Both the position numbers and the translations under genes were made by a program. The notes under the pieces are model-generated. The model was not told where the DNA came from, ran no database searches, and saw only the letters and a program-made list of their open reading frames with translations. DNA of 64,000 nt, taken from NCBI GenBank assembly GCA_053919585.1, contig CM132787.1; one strand, given 5' to 3'. Below, piece after piece: positions 28,682 to 41,811 of this stretch; position 1 is the first letter of the stretch, and each line of letters begins with the position of its first letter. The DNA is from Euprymna scolopes (Eukaryota).

Positions 28682-29000
28682 GTACCCGTGGCGCATTTGT
28701 TAAGTACTTGGTTTTGTAAAGGTGATGTAAGAATGAAAGTTGAAGGTCCAATTCTCAGTGTGCGCAACCTAAAATACAATTGCTAATTACTTAGAGCATC
28801 TATCCAGTCCTGGTTTACTGGGCAATAACATACTGCCCCCGTGAAGTAAATAAAGGGTCTTGTTCGAAATTCCGTTCGAATTCTTGAGTTCGACAGAAAC
28901 GTTCGCCAAGACACTCCTAAAGAAGGTAGGGGGTTACATCGACCTAGACATTGTGGAAATTAAGATAAAGATTAACTCGGCTGTCCGGAAAATCTACATA
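28682..29000 (+). mobile_element. short element: decayed tRNA-like head joined to a Penelope-type 3' tail
   Basis: Head has TGGCGCATTTG (A-box-like) and GGTCCAATTCT (weak B-box). Tail CCCCCGTGAAGTAAATAAAGGGTCTTGTTCGAAA...CCTAAAGAAGG...CATTGTGG...GTCCGGAAAATC aligns by eye with the reverse complement of 40268-40420. Confidence 0.45.
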
Positions 29001-29190
29001 ATACGAGCATGAGAAGAGACGACGAAATAATCTGAAAAATTATAGGTTTTTTGACAGAACAGAACATATGTTTGGCTGTAATGCCTCGTTCATTTTGCCT
29101 CGTAAATAATTGAATGCATTATGTGAAGCAATAATTATAGATACTTAATCATGACACTAATATGGAACTCCCTATATGAGTATAAACATT

Positions 29191-29232
<42 letters not shown>

Positions 29233-30601
29233 GAGTACTACGACTCTATAAAGTATTAGCAAAGATAGCTCACATTGCTTAATAAGGAATGCGTGTCAAC
29301 GAATGTTTCACCCTCCACATTCATTTAATGTCATTGAAATTAATGAGATCGGTTATTTTCAATCAAATTTATCGATTAACTGGTCTACTCGAAGGTACAC
29401 GGGGGTACACCGGATTGAACTTCACATGACTGCCTGCAGTGAATTAGACCACAATATACATTGTTGTTTATATTGCACCTTAGAAAGCCTACTGTTCATT
29501 TTCTAACATACATTTTTTAAAGCTTGCAAAAATATTTAAAACAGAAAAGTCAAGTGTAATTAGCCAATTGTGTTCTAAACCAAAAATATTCATTTTGAAC
29601 CCTTGTGTTATTAAATAACTTACTTTTGATTTTATACGTTGGATTTTTATGCTTGTGTTCTGAAAAGATTTTCAAATGCAGTGGGAAAATAAGACTAAAT
29701 ACGGCCGTTAACTTAACAAAACTGAACTGCTTTTTCTAAGATTTCGGTCGATTATCAATAGGTGATATTATCATATGTATTTGATACACATGTAATATAG
29801 CAACAGTCCTAAACGCATAAAGTGCACTGATGAAATATCAAAGGAATCTACCTAGACATTTCGTAGTCCATAAGGAACAAATCTACACACATATACAAAT
29901 CCCGTTTTTAAATCTGTAGAGATTAGGTTAACGACATAACAAACTCATATCAAAAGGTCCACATTGAAAATAAATGTGTGTCCTAAGCATCTAACGGTCT
30001 AATGTACAGTTTATGTTAAGAATTCTTTATTTAACTGTTTCCGCAAAACAAATATAATCAGATAGAGATATACACATCTTGTACGATTATGACTAACCAA
30101 TTATGAAAAATAAACGTCTTCAACAAGTTACGGAATGCACCTCTTAACCTCACTTTAAAATGGCTGAACTTCAAATGTAAAATGATCATCGCATGAAACA
30201 TCTCACAATCCAATTAACAATATTATTTCTAATTTAATAAAATAAACATAAAATTCAAAATAATTTTTAAATCGGCATATAATGCGCACACGATATTAAC
30301 TAATATAAAGATAACAATTTTTTCTCTAATCAAATTAGTAATATTTTTATCTGTGCAGTATTGTGCTCGATCTGGAGAATTAGTAATTGTGGATCTCTCC
30401 ACATTTCTGGCGAATATGTTTTAAATCGTTTTTACGTGAGAATTTTCCAACGACGAAATAAAACAGGGAACAAGAGATAACACTGAATGATTTCTAAATT
30501 TCTTTTAAGATGTACTAATTAGAATGTTAGGTCTTGTTTTATTTTAAGATGGTTTGCCAAATGAGCAGAATATGATGTTCAAAACGTATTTTATATGAAG
30601 A

Positions 30602-31217
30602 CTAGCACGTATACTCAGCGTTTCCCGGGTAGACATTGTCTTGTTAAGACATAGCTGCTATACCAATGGTATTGAGCACCCCCCACCGGAAAAAATAGGG
30701 AATATATAGATGACAACTTCTCCACCACATATTTCGGTATACCGTGCGCTGAAACTCCCTTATAAATAAATAAATCAAAACAACTTTGCTTTCAATCAAA
30801 ATAGCAGCGGCTGCAGAGGCGACTGAAAAAAAATAACCGCGGTAGGCAGGCTCGAACCATAAACGAGAAAGTGAGAAAGAAGAGAAAAACGTTGCGCGCA
30901 AACGCTTATACCCACCAGACCACAGCGACTTATGGCGTCATACCTTTTCTATATACTTTCAGTTTGATGTGCGTGCGTGACTTGTGAAAATAGCAACGTG
31001 AAAAGTGACCCTCCTTGCAAGGAATCGTTGAGCTGACCACCATAGAATTATTTTTTATTTCTGACTTTCGCATATCATAAGCCGAGGGGTCGCTTCTTCA
31101 GATGGTATCAGTTTTTACACGGTCAGATGCGGGTGATGGAAGTTTATAACGGACATAGAAACACACAACCACGCACACAAACACACAAAAACCGACGTTC
31201 GAGATGTATATAATAGT
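30602..31217 (-). mobile_element. non-autonomous Helitron (second, shorter element)
   Basis: Plus strand A|CTAG followed by CTCAGCGTTTCCCGGG (3' hairpin on the minus strand). The other end ...TATATAATAG is preceded by a CA-rich microsatellite. Same architecture as 7113-8391. Confidence 0.65.
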
Positions 31218-33249
31218 TACATCCAATATGCTCTAAGACAATCATAGAAAAGAATATTTATTGAATTACACCAAATACGATTAAGCGAAATGATTAAATA
31301 CTTAAACCATATAATCTAGTATTTATATAAATTTATATTTATTTTGTAATTGTATAGCATTACTTGTAGTTTCTTCCTGTTGTTATATGGTTCACATTCC
31401 AAGAATATTTTTCCAAGATAAATAAGCTATTCATAATGCACAAACATATGATTTTGTTTGCACTTACGTCAGTCATTATATTTTAACAGTATACCGAGTA
31501 TGTTGAAAAAGAAGAATATCAGCTGTTGAGATTTTGCTCTAAATTGTAAAGTTTTTCTGTTCGCGTGTCAATGTTATTTTAAGAATGTGATCTGATTACA
31601 AAACCGATGATGAGTTCATTCTTACTTTTCAATATCTATTAATTACCATATTGGCTCCATGCTTTGGTTTTGTTAATTAAGCGGCTTGCGAAAATAACAC
31701 AGTCACATGAAATCAGATACATTTTACTAAGATACTAATAATATAGCAGGGATAAGATCAAGCACGAATAGTTTTGACATGTAAAGATTTTCTTCTTATA
31801 TCCTCTTTTCTTATTATGTCCGCATGAGAAAAACGAGTAGATGACAATATGTAGCTTCTCTCCTGAGTTGAAATTTTTGGATTGTGCTGGTATGTGGAAG
31901 TCACAATTGAGTTCAAGCCAAATCGCTGCGCAAACAAGTCAACTTTATCTGTTGTCATGTAAACAACATGGTCGTTGTTGAAATGTGGGCGCAATGTTTT
32001 TTCCTCATTTTTGGCAACACTGTTACATATTTGTATTACATTCTTCCTAATTATTGCGTTGTATTTTAATTCTTGCTATAATCATTTAGTTACGACTATT
32101 ACACGCTTACAATAGTGGCATAATTATATGAAAGTACTATGATAGATTACATTTGGCTTCGTCATCGGTCGGAAAGATTCCTGCTAATGTTCAATACCTT
32201 CCGCTTCGAATGACCGATTGGGATGGGTTGGAATTTTCGCGTGTGGGCATATGTTTTTATACCGTCCTAAACCATTTTTTAGGCATTCTTAAGCTATCGA
32301 ACAAACGTATTATTTCATAGAATATCCATGATTCGATCTGATATGTATTCCGATGAACTTGTTGATGATGTTTCGTCCTTTTGAGTAAGGGCGTTTCAGG
32401 ATTCTAGTCGGTTATATCAACACTTACTTTCGATGGTGGACTATTGATATCTGTATTACAAGCTCCTGACTGTGTAATCTTGAAAATATGTATAGTTAGA
32501 CCATTGGAAGGCAAGTAAAGGATGTGCTTCATGTGAAAAAGAGAATACTTTTTAATCCATCGTGTATGTGTAGTTTATAAAATGTTGCTCAGCAGAACAC
32601 GCTTAGACACACATTAGTATGCATATAGGCGAGCAGGGTAAATGTCTGGATCAGGGGAAGACTGTAGAGGGAATAAACGTAACTACATCACAGGCATGTC
32701 GTTTTTTTAGTTAAAGACAATGTTCTATGATGTAAAAGATGTATAAATCCAGCCAATCCAATGTTTGTTTAAGATTTTACGTCAAGGTAAGTGCTATCGC
32801 TTAATGAAAACCTGGATTTGTCATCTTATTTGATCATTAAAAGTCAGTAATTATTTTGTGTAGAAAATTACTGCTATTGTAGATCAAAATTTTATCCATT
32901 TTATAAATAAATGTTTTTCAACAAAGTCATTTTTTTACTCTATCGAAGCAAGATAATATAGCAACACGTTTGTATTTGACTTTTAAAAGTTAAGAGTGTG
33001 GATAATTGGTTAGATAAATTTTGGAATAGTAAAGTGACCAAAAACTTTGGAATATATAATACAACCGAAACCGTAATAAAATAACAATATCTACCGCCCT
33101 ACCTATAGACAAATGTTGATATCTTTAAATCATATTTTTCATATTATTTTTAATATGTCAACCCATTTAAAAAATCGTTTGTTTTCTCATTTATATGTGA
33201 CCTGAAAACTATTGATTAAAACACGAACCAAAACTTTTACCATATTTTT

Positions 33250-34305
33250 ATTATAATGGGCTAGTTAATTAAATTGCTGCTCACATCAGCAATATTTGGC
33301 AGAAGCCCTGAAAAGTTGGGATCTAAAGCAGGCTTCCCTAAAGAAGGTGCACTCTTGCAATTGCACAAATTGCCTGAGTAAACCTCTCGGCATTCCCCGG
33401 CCGGGGCGCTTCAGCCGACCAGCAATAAACTTGCCCCACCCGAAAGCCGGGTAGCAAGGCCTGGGAGGGTGGACATGCTGGGTATTACCCAGGCGATGTA
33501 CCTCAGTTCGACAGGTGCTGGACCGTTTCCCTGCCCCTCAACTGCCGGACTAAGTGTCAAGAACGGATCCTTGACGTGTACTACTACCTTGTCTTCCTGC
33601 AGTCGAAGCCGTTCGGAGACGCCTCCCATCATAAACATTATAATGGGATAGATATTTATTTGCTGTCCAGCGCAGCAAAATGTGCCACAAAACCGGAAGG
33701 TGGAGAAGAGGCAAGGTTCCCTAAAGAAGGTGCACTCTTGCCCAACAAAAATTGCCTGGACACGTCGGCATTCCCCCGTAGTTGTGCCTCAGGCGACACG
33801 CAATAAACTTGCCCCATGGGAAAGCCTGGTGGGAAGGCCTTTGAGGGTGGGACTCTAAGGTGATACTCAAGCGGTGTACCTCAGCCCGACAGGTGCTGGG
33901 CCGGTTTCCGGCCCCTCACCTTTCGGATTGAGTGTCAAGAACGGATCCTTGCCGAGTACTTCTACCCTGTCTTCTTGCAGCCGAAGCCGCTAGGAGACAC
34001 ATCCCATCATAAAAAGATTATAATGGGGTTATTTAAATTGCTCCTCAAATCAGCAATATTTGGCACAAGGCCGCACTCCTGCAACTGCAAAGGAGCACTC
34101 CTGCAACTGCAAATATTGCCAGAGTAACCCAATCGGCGTTCCCCTATAGGGGTGCCTCAGCAATAAACGTGGCCTACCGGAAAGTCCGGTGGCAATTATT
34201 ACCCAAGCGGTTTACTTAAGTCCGACACGTGCTTGGTCGGTTCTCGGCCCCTCACCTGTTGGGCTGTCCGGCCCCTCACCTGTCGGGCTGAGTGCCAAGA
34301 AATTG
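33250..34305 (-). repeat. head-to-tail trimer of a ~370-nt GC-rich structured non-coding element
   Basis: Monomers ~33261-33636, 33648-34016 and 34028-34305 (third is rearranged and truncated). Each is a reverse-complement homologue of 57558-57926. ATTATAATGGG at 33250-33260, 33637-33647 and 34017-34027. Confidence 0.9.
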
Positions 34306-35666
34306 ACGAATCTAATTAATTCCTGTTCTGCTACCAACCTATCAGAAACCAGAATTGCTCTATAAATGTTAAACCTTTCTGTATCAATTCCGCATATGCT
34401 TTTTTTTTCTTCGTGTCAACACGGACCGATTCTTTTGCTCTGTATTCCAACTCCAGAAATGTGTACTGCAAAACAATCACCTCCCAGGACTTGTACAGAA
34501 CACGAACGACCGGGAACTGTTCTGAAATTAAACATGGCTTACCATTCTAGAATCATATGTTCAGTTTTTCAATTCGCCATCGCAATTCAATAACGAAACA
34601 GTATATGCTAAAGGGTCATTCGGATTGAACTCCCTATTATCATATGATCATGATATATTAAAGCAAGCGAATAGCTACAAAAAAATTGAATTTACTGTAT
34701 ATAAGTATGAATTATCATTTAAACTTAAATAAGGAAACCGGCATTGTACATTAGCGCCTATAAACCGCATCAATTAATTTCAAACGAACCTTTCAAAAGG
34801 TAGTTTTACTAATTCATCATCATAATTACAGGCTAAAGAGTATGGTCAATCATATGCATATATTCCTAGTTCAATAATACAAAAACTCATAACACACGCG
34901 TTTCTTATATACTATAACAAACATATGCATATTACTCCCTTCAACAAAATCCCATTACAAAATCGACACTATTTATTACATTGCTATTACTGCGAAAAGT
35001 CAAATACGGTAGATTTCTAACTGATGACATTCAATAATTTATACGTCTGATAATTTAATATATTTGTATTGTTGAATAAGCTCTATGTGAATTTAACTCC
35101 TCTCATAATATTTAACATAACTCAACAGCTAATTGAGATATAACATTCTATTTCTTTTGCACTTTGGATTGGATAGTTTCTAAATCATTAGTGAATACAT
35201 TTTTATTATTAAATCATTTCATGTATTTACCAGGACGCTTAAAATGGGGTGAAAATATCACAAAAGTAACCATATAGCATTAAAATAGCATTAAAATATT
35301 ATATCTCGGTTATAAATAAAAAGTACTGAATAAAAGTGATTACTTTCTAAGTATTATTAGCATCATTTGACCTCCTCGTCCTGTTTCAATATAAAAAGAA
35401 TACACCTTGAAGCAATGAACTTTCTAAGCACATTCGATAAGGGATTATATGAACTTTAGAAAAATTACAATAAGTATACGTTCGTTGTGAGTCTGGCTTC
35501 GAACATAGAAATATAATACGTTATTCACATAAATATGGCGTATGTTATTAAGTCCGTTTGGATCGAACCCCGAAAAAATCATTAAGGCAGAAAATAACTT
35601 ATATATGTGTCTGTATTATTTTTACTTTTCGTCATGTTTTCTTATTTTTGTTCATTTTACTTACAT

Positions 35667-35960
35667 TTTTGGTACCCCGATTCATTTAAAAGGGACCTAT
35701 GTTTACAGTGGCGTTCATGCGCCCGTGCATCTCTTCGACCCTGCGTCCGTGCCTCCGTTAGTCCGAAGGATTGCCAGATGACCATACATTATTTTTTCCT
35801 AAAATTTTGCCACCACTTTTATTTCATCAAATAGATGTGCACACTAAAAAAAAAATGCGAAAAATCCCGTTGCGTCCCCAGCGGCTGAAAAAAGTTTAAA
35901 AAATGCCCCCAAATTGCCCAAAATTACATGTTTTTCCCAATAACTTTTCATACATTTATT
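35667..35960 (+). mobile_element. possible Helentron/DINE-like non-autonomous element
   Basis: Begins in a T run with a short inverted repeat (GGTACCCC...GGGACC) followed by decayed (GTCC)n-like repeats. Confidence 0.35.
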
Positions 35961-35983
35961 ATACTTTTCTGAAAGTTACTTAC

Positions 35984-36052
35984 CTTAGCACGTATCATAA
36001 GCTCGCTTGCCATGGAGAAATTGCAGGAAGAATTCGACTTATATTAATGATG
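35984..36052 (-). CDS. candidate first coding exon (MASELMIRAK), unidentified
   Basis: Acceptor gaacttttcag|, donor AAG|gtaagt, and ccATGG start at 36013-36011 giving 10 codons in phase 0. Confidence 0.2.
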
Positions 36053-36460
36053 CTGAAAAGTTCGATATAAAGTTTTTAGTTCAGTCTAGTGTTCCAGAAT
36101 ATATTTAAATACTTACGTTAAAATCACTTTTTTATGAATGAAATAGAAAGTAAGTGTGAATAATACATCTCGGAAAGTGTCAGGTAATACATTTATTTCT
36201 TGTCGTTACAGGGTACAAATTGCTTCCAAGCTATAGTAGAGAATTGCATCCTCTCTTTAATTACAGGCTTCCCACCATAGAAAAATTGTTAATTTTTCTC
36301 CTGCTTTTTAGAAATGGACATACGTTTTAAGTTCAGCTCTAATATATAGTTCACAATTAATAAAAAAGTAAGAAAGTTTTGCGAAGGTGCAACTAGTATT
36401 ACACATTTTCATGATATTTATGTGTACCTTTAACTAAATAGAACTTCCATAAGCGATACA

Positions 36461-36509
<49 letters not shown>

Positions 36510-37999
36510 CATATATATATATATATATTAGTATTATTATTACAGTATATATACATTATATTACCGTATATATATATATATATGTATATATATATTAGTA
36601 TAATATCACCGTATATATGTATATATATATATATTATATATGTAACAGTTGACGTCAAGATCAATTGTCACATACTTTTGATAAGTTGTTCCTTTACATA
36701 ATAAATTTTACAAAGTGTCCATTATCAGAAATAATTATCCAGATTTTACCACATCATTTCACTTTGAAGTCGAATTAATCATTAGTCTTGAGTAGTTTTT
36801 GTGCTTTGAGAAAAGTTACTTCATTAATACACTAACAGCTCTATATTTGTTAATCCTTGTTGTCGTTTTTAACATAAAATGTTAACAATTACAAGCATGG
36901 CCAACTAGCAATTATATCCGATCCAGATTACTAATGGTAAACACCTGTTTGTGTTTTTATTTTAAATTATTAGTCAGAATTCTACGTGTGAGTCAAAGGA
37001 TATATAATAATCTATAAGATGCAGATTGACTTGAAGAATGGGGAGACAGAGAAATACAACATTTATTACTAACATTGCATTTAATCAAAACAATTTTTAT
37101 AAAAGAAAAAAAATAAAACGAAAACACTTCCAGGACTTTTAATTCGTATGACTAAAACTATTATTTTCTTTTATGAAAATGCATATTTTTAAGCATTCTA
37201 ATCTGTTGCCGCTTTTTGTATAGACAATCTTAGTCAAAAAGTAATTTGATTTTTATCAAATCGATAGATCTATATTAAGAATACATTAGTCTATGCTGAA
37301 CAAAACACCTTTTTACAAAATATTTACATACGTAATTAACATTTGCTTATTCGCTAGAATGCACTTATTTAAAAAAAAAGTGTATATCATAACATTACAC
37401 AATATTCTACAATCCAAATCTTTAAATATTAAAAAATGATAGCGTGTTTAATTTTATAATTAGTTAATTTTATCGTATATATTTTTAGGTGGACCTATTA
37501 TTTAGCAAATAACATTCGGATAGCGTACGTACAGTTTTAGCAGTAATGCATAATATTCACATCAGCATAAAAATCGTTATTTTTTTAAAGCCGCTCAAAT
37601 GATTAGCAATGCTTGCTGTTTGCGGTGTTGTTGCGTAGTATGTGTATTTGCTTGTTACTACACGTAGATAAATATATTCTGAGTGTTTATTAATACATAT
37701 CAACACTTATTTTAAATAATAGGTGAAGTATCGTTCCATTCTGCTGTTTCCTTATAAATATGTGTGCATACAATGAACACAATACGTGCCTCGACGATAC
37801 ATTGTTTTTTTTTATCAGTAATAAAAATATATCCGTAATATATGAAATAATGTGTAGATGGTAATATATTCACACTTGTATTAAACCTTTCAAGATGTTT
37901 GGATTCTGATGCATCCTTTAATATAAGGTTATCCATATGTTTAACAGATCATTGAAAAATTACTGCATGTAGTGTATAAATATGAACGTAGCATAAAGA

Positions 38000-40260
38000 C
38001 CACATTGCGCAATACATGTATGCGATGTTTGGTTGTGCAATACATGTATGCAATGTTTGGTTGTGCAACACATGTATAAAATGTATTGTTGTGCAATACA
38101 CGTATGCAACGATTTGTTGTGCAACATATGTATTCGATGGATTAGTGTGCAATACATGCATACAATATATTGTATGACCTGTATCGTTGTACAATACATG
38201 TATGCAATGTAGTGTTGCGCCATACATGTATGCACTGTATTGTTGTACAATATTTGTATGAACTGCATTGTTGTGCAATACATGTTTGCAATGCAGTGCT
38301 GTACAATACATGTATGCTATATATTTTGTGCAATACATGTATGCAAGTCATTGTTGTGCAATACATGTATGCAAAATATTGTTGTGCAATATATGTATGC
38401 AATATATTTTAGGGCAATGCATGCATGCATCCCATTGTTGTGCAGTACATGTATGCAATGCATTGTTGCGCAATATATTTATGCAATGTATTTTTGGGTC
38501 ATACATGTATGCATTGTATTGTTGTAAAATACGTGTATGCAATGTTGTTGTACAATACATGCATACAATATATTGTTGTGCCATAGTTGTATACAATGCA
38601 TTGTTGCACAATACATGTATTCAATATATTCGTGTACAATACGTGTATAGAATGCGTTGTTGAACAATACATGTATGCAATCCATTGTTGTGCAATATAG
38701 GTGTACAACTCATTGTTGCACAATACATGTACACAATATAGTGTTGTACAATACATGTTTGCACTGTATTGTTGTGCAATACATGTTTGCAATATATTGT
38801 TGGGCAATACATGTATCCACTGGATTGTTGTGCAATACATGTATGCAATATATTATTGTACAATATATATATATATATATATATATATGTAATATATTGT
38901 TGGGTAATACATGTATGCAATATATTGTTTCGCAATACATGTTTGCACTGAACTGTTTTACAATACATGTATGCAATATATTGTTGGGCAATACATGTAT
39001 GCACTGTATTGTTGTACAATAGATGTATGCAATATATTGTTGGGCAATACATGTTTGCAATACATGGTGGGGCAATACATGTATGCAATGCATTGTTGTA
39101 CAATACATATATGTAATATATAGTTGGGCAATACATGCCTGCACTATATTGTTGTATAACTCATGTTTGCTATCTATTGTTGGGCAATAGATGTGTGCAC
39201 TCTATTGTTGGAAAGTACATGTTATCAATATATTGTTGGTCAATACATGCTTGCAATATATTGTTGGGCAATACATGCATGCACTGTCTTGTTGGGCAAT
39301 ACATGTATGCACTGTATTGTTGTGCAATACATGTATGCAAGGCATTGTTGTACAATACATATATGTAATATATTGTTGGGCAATACATGTATGCACTGTA
39401 TTGTTTTACAGTACATGTAGCAATATATTGTTGGGCAATATATGTATGAACTGTATTGTTGTACAATATATGTGTGGAATATATTGTTGTGCAATACATT
39501 TATGCACTGTATTCGTGTGATCTACATGTGTCCAATGAATTGTTGTACCATACATGGTTGCAATATATTTTGTGTAATACATGTATGTAATCAATTGTTG
39601 TACAATACATATATGTAATATATTGTTGGGCAATATATGTATGCAATGTATTGTTGAACAATACATGTTTGTACTATATTGTTGAGCAATACGTGTATGT
39701 ACTGTATTGTTTTACAATACATATATGCAATATATTGTTGGGTAATACATCTATGCACTGTATAGTTGTGCAATACATGTATTCAATGCATTGTTGTACA
39801 ATACACGTTTGCAAAATATTGTTGGACAATAGATGTATGCACTGTATTGTTGTACAATACATGTTTGCAATATATTGTTGGGCAATACATGTATGCACTG
39901 TATAGTTGTGCAATACATGTATGCAATGCATTGTTGTACAATACATGTTTGCAATATATTGTTGTGCAGTAGATGTATGCAATGCATTGTTGTACAATAC
40001 ATATATGCAATATATTGTTGGCAATACATGTATGCCCTGTATCGTTGTACAATACATGTTTGCAATATACTGTTGTGCAATACATATATACACTGTATTG
40101 TTGTGCAATACATGTATGCAATGCGTGTTGTAAAATACATGTTTTCAATATATTGTTGTGCAATACATGTTTACAATATACTGTTGCACATACATCGTTG
40201 CAATATATTGTTGTGGAATACATGTAGTCACTGTAGTATTGTACAACACATGCATGCAAT
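38000..40260. repeat. 28-bp minisatellite array, left arm
   Basis: Unit ~GCAAT(A/G)TATTGTTG(T/G)GCAATACATGTAT, about 80 diverged copies. Confidence 0.97.
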
Positions 40261-40264
40261 TGAT

Positions 40265-41810
40265 TTCGATTGTCGGACTTACTTACTCATCTTGATTGTA
40301 ATAGTCACAACGTTTCGGCCGTTTCACCCTCTGGCCTTCATCAGTTTTTTTTTATTGAACTGGGGAACCATTTGTTATAAGTCTCGAACCAAACCCTTTA
40401 TTATTATTACGGGGATACCGTGTTTGGACTCCAGCTGTTTAAAATGTTGCTTTTCGCTGCCTTCGTCCAGGATTGAAGTCAGAACTTTGGGTAACTGTAA
40501 AATTTGATACAACGTCTAGGACCACTCGGCCATATGTCACTAGGACGATTCTTAGTGTGTTGTTGTTAATGTTAGACCTATGTTGTTATTCAAGGTTTTC
40601 TCTCTCTATCAGAGGTGTCCACATTGCATTCAGCTCTATGCTTGGTTTTCTCAGTAGGTTTATATATCCGAACATATGAGCTGTTTCTTTAAGTTTTCTC
40701 ACTTTCCAGTGGGTCTCTGTTTAATGTATTTACTTCATCCCATAGAAGGCGATGGTCCCCCCTCTCTACCCAGACATGGTTTGTTATACCCGATTTTGCC
40801 GTCTCCAATTTGGTTACTGCTTTTCGGTGTTTTCCACCCTTACTTAAAGGGGGTTGCATGGTTCACCTTGTAACCCTTTCTGCAACTGCATGGGATCGAG
40901 TATATGCAGTTTTTTGTCATGTTCTCTTCCCTGCGGGGCTTCACTCGTACCAGGTGTTGTCCGAGCGTTGACTCGCTCTTGAATACCGTTCTGATGTTGT
41001 AGGGGCCACATATTCTCTGAATCTTTTCGGAGATGCTCCGTATGTATAGTAGGCAGACCGTTGGGGGTTTTTGGGTTTCAGTCTCCTCTCTGATACTATT
41101 AACATGTCTGGTGGATAGTATGTTATCGGGGTAGTTGTTACGTCGGAGGGTATACAACCTGACCATGTTTGGTGGTTTGTAATTGTGTCGCTACTGTGGT
41201 GGTATGTAATTGTGTCTCTGGGCGATGTTGTAAGCAGCGTGCGATTGCATGTTTGATACTGTAAGGGTGATGGGAATTGAAGTTAAGGTATTGTCCAGTG
41301 AAGGTAGGCTTGCGATATACGGATGTCTTAAATTCACAGACTGTGTGTGATATGAGCATGTCAAGGAAGGCGGTTCGTTATCTTTTTCTTTCTCCATTGT
41401 GAACTGTATCGATGGTGTTATTGAGTTCACATGGTCTAACAGAGTCTGGATGTCTTCCTGATGGGGCCATAGTATGTAGGTGTCATCAACGTATCTTAGC
41501 CACATGGTTGGAGTTAAGGGAGCTGAACCTTAGGCCATGTCTTCGAAGTATTCCATGTATATGTTCGCCAGCACTGGTGATAATGGGGAGCCCATAGCTA
41601 GCACCTCCTCTTGTCGATATAGGTGAGTACCCATTCTTAGGTAGGTAGGTTTCTATACAGAATATCAGCATTTCCATTAAGTTTGACAATAATACACATG
41701 TGCACTAATCTATAGAGAGGTCCGCAGCTAGTTTGTCTTGAATTACTGCTAGTGCATTACTAGTTGGGACTTTAGTGAACAGGCTAACCACATCTAGGCT
41801 TACCATTTCG
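40265..41810 (-). mobile_element. 5'-truncated Penelope-like retroelement (RT + GIY-YIG endonuclease)
   Basis: MVSLDVVSLFTKVP, LAMGSPLSPVLANIYMEYFE, WLRYVDDT, TSVYRKPTFTGQYLNFNSHHP, and KNCIYSIPCSCRKGYK (GIY-YIG). 3' pLTR-like tail with AATAAA. Confidence 0.95.
40306..40344 (-). ncRNA. minimal hammerhead ribozyme motif in the Penelope tail
   Basis: Minus strand CTGATGA-A-GGCC[AGAGGGTGAAAC]GGCC-GAAA-CGTT. Both core boxes, a 4-bp stem II and a palindromic AACGTT helix III are present. The helix I partner is replaced by an A run in this copy. Confidence 0.65.
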
Positions 41811-41811
41811 T

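Noticed and set aside
31758-32500. CR1/Jockey-like LINE relic (DKVDLFAQRF)
   Set aside because: A single weak motif, too decayed to delimit or classify.
32711-32786. Exon with a strong donor CAAG|gtaagt
   Set aside because: Stops in all three frames.
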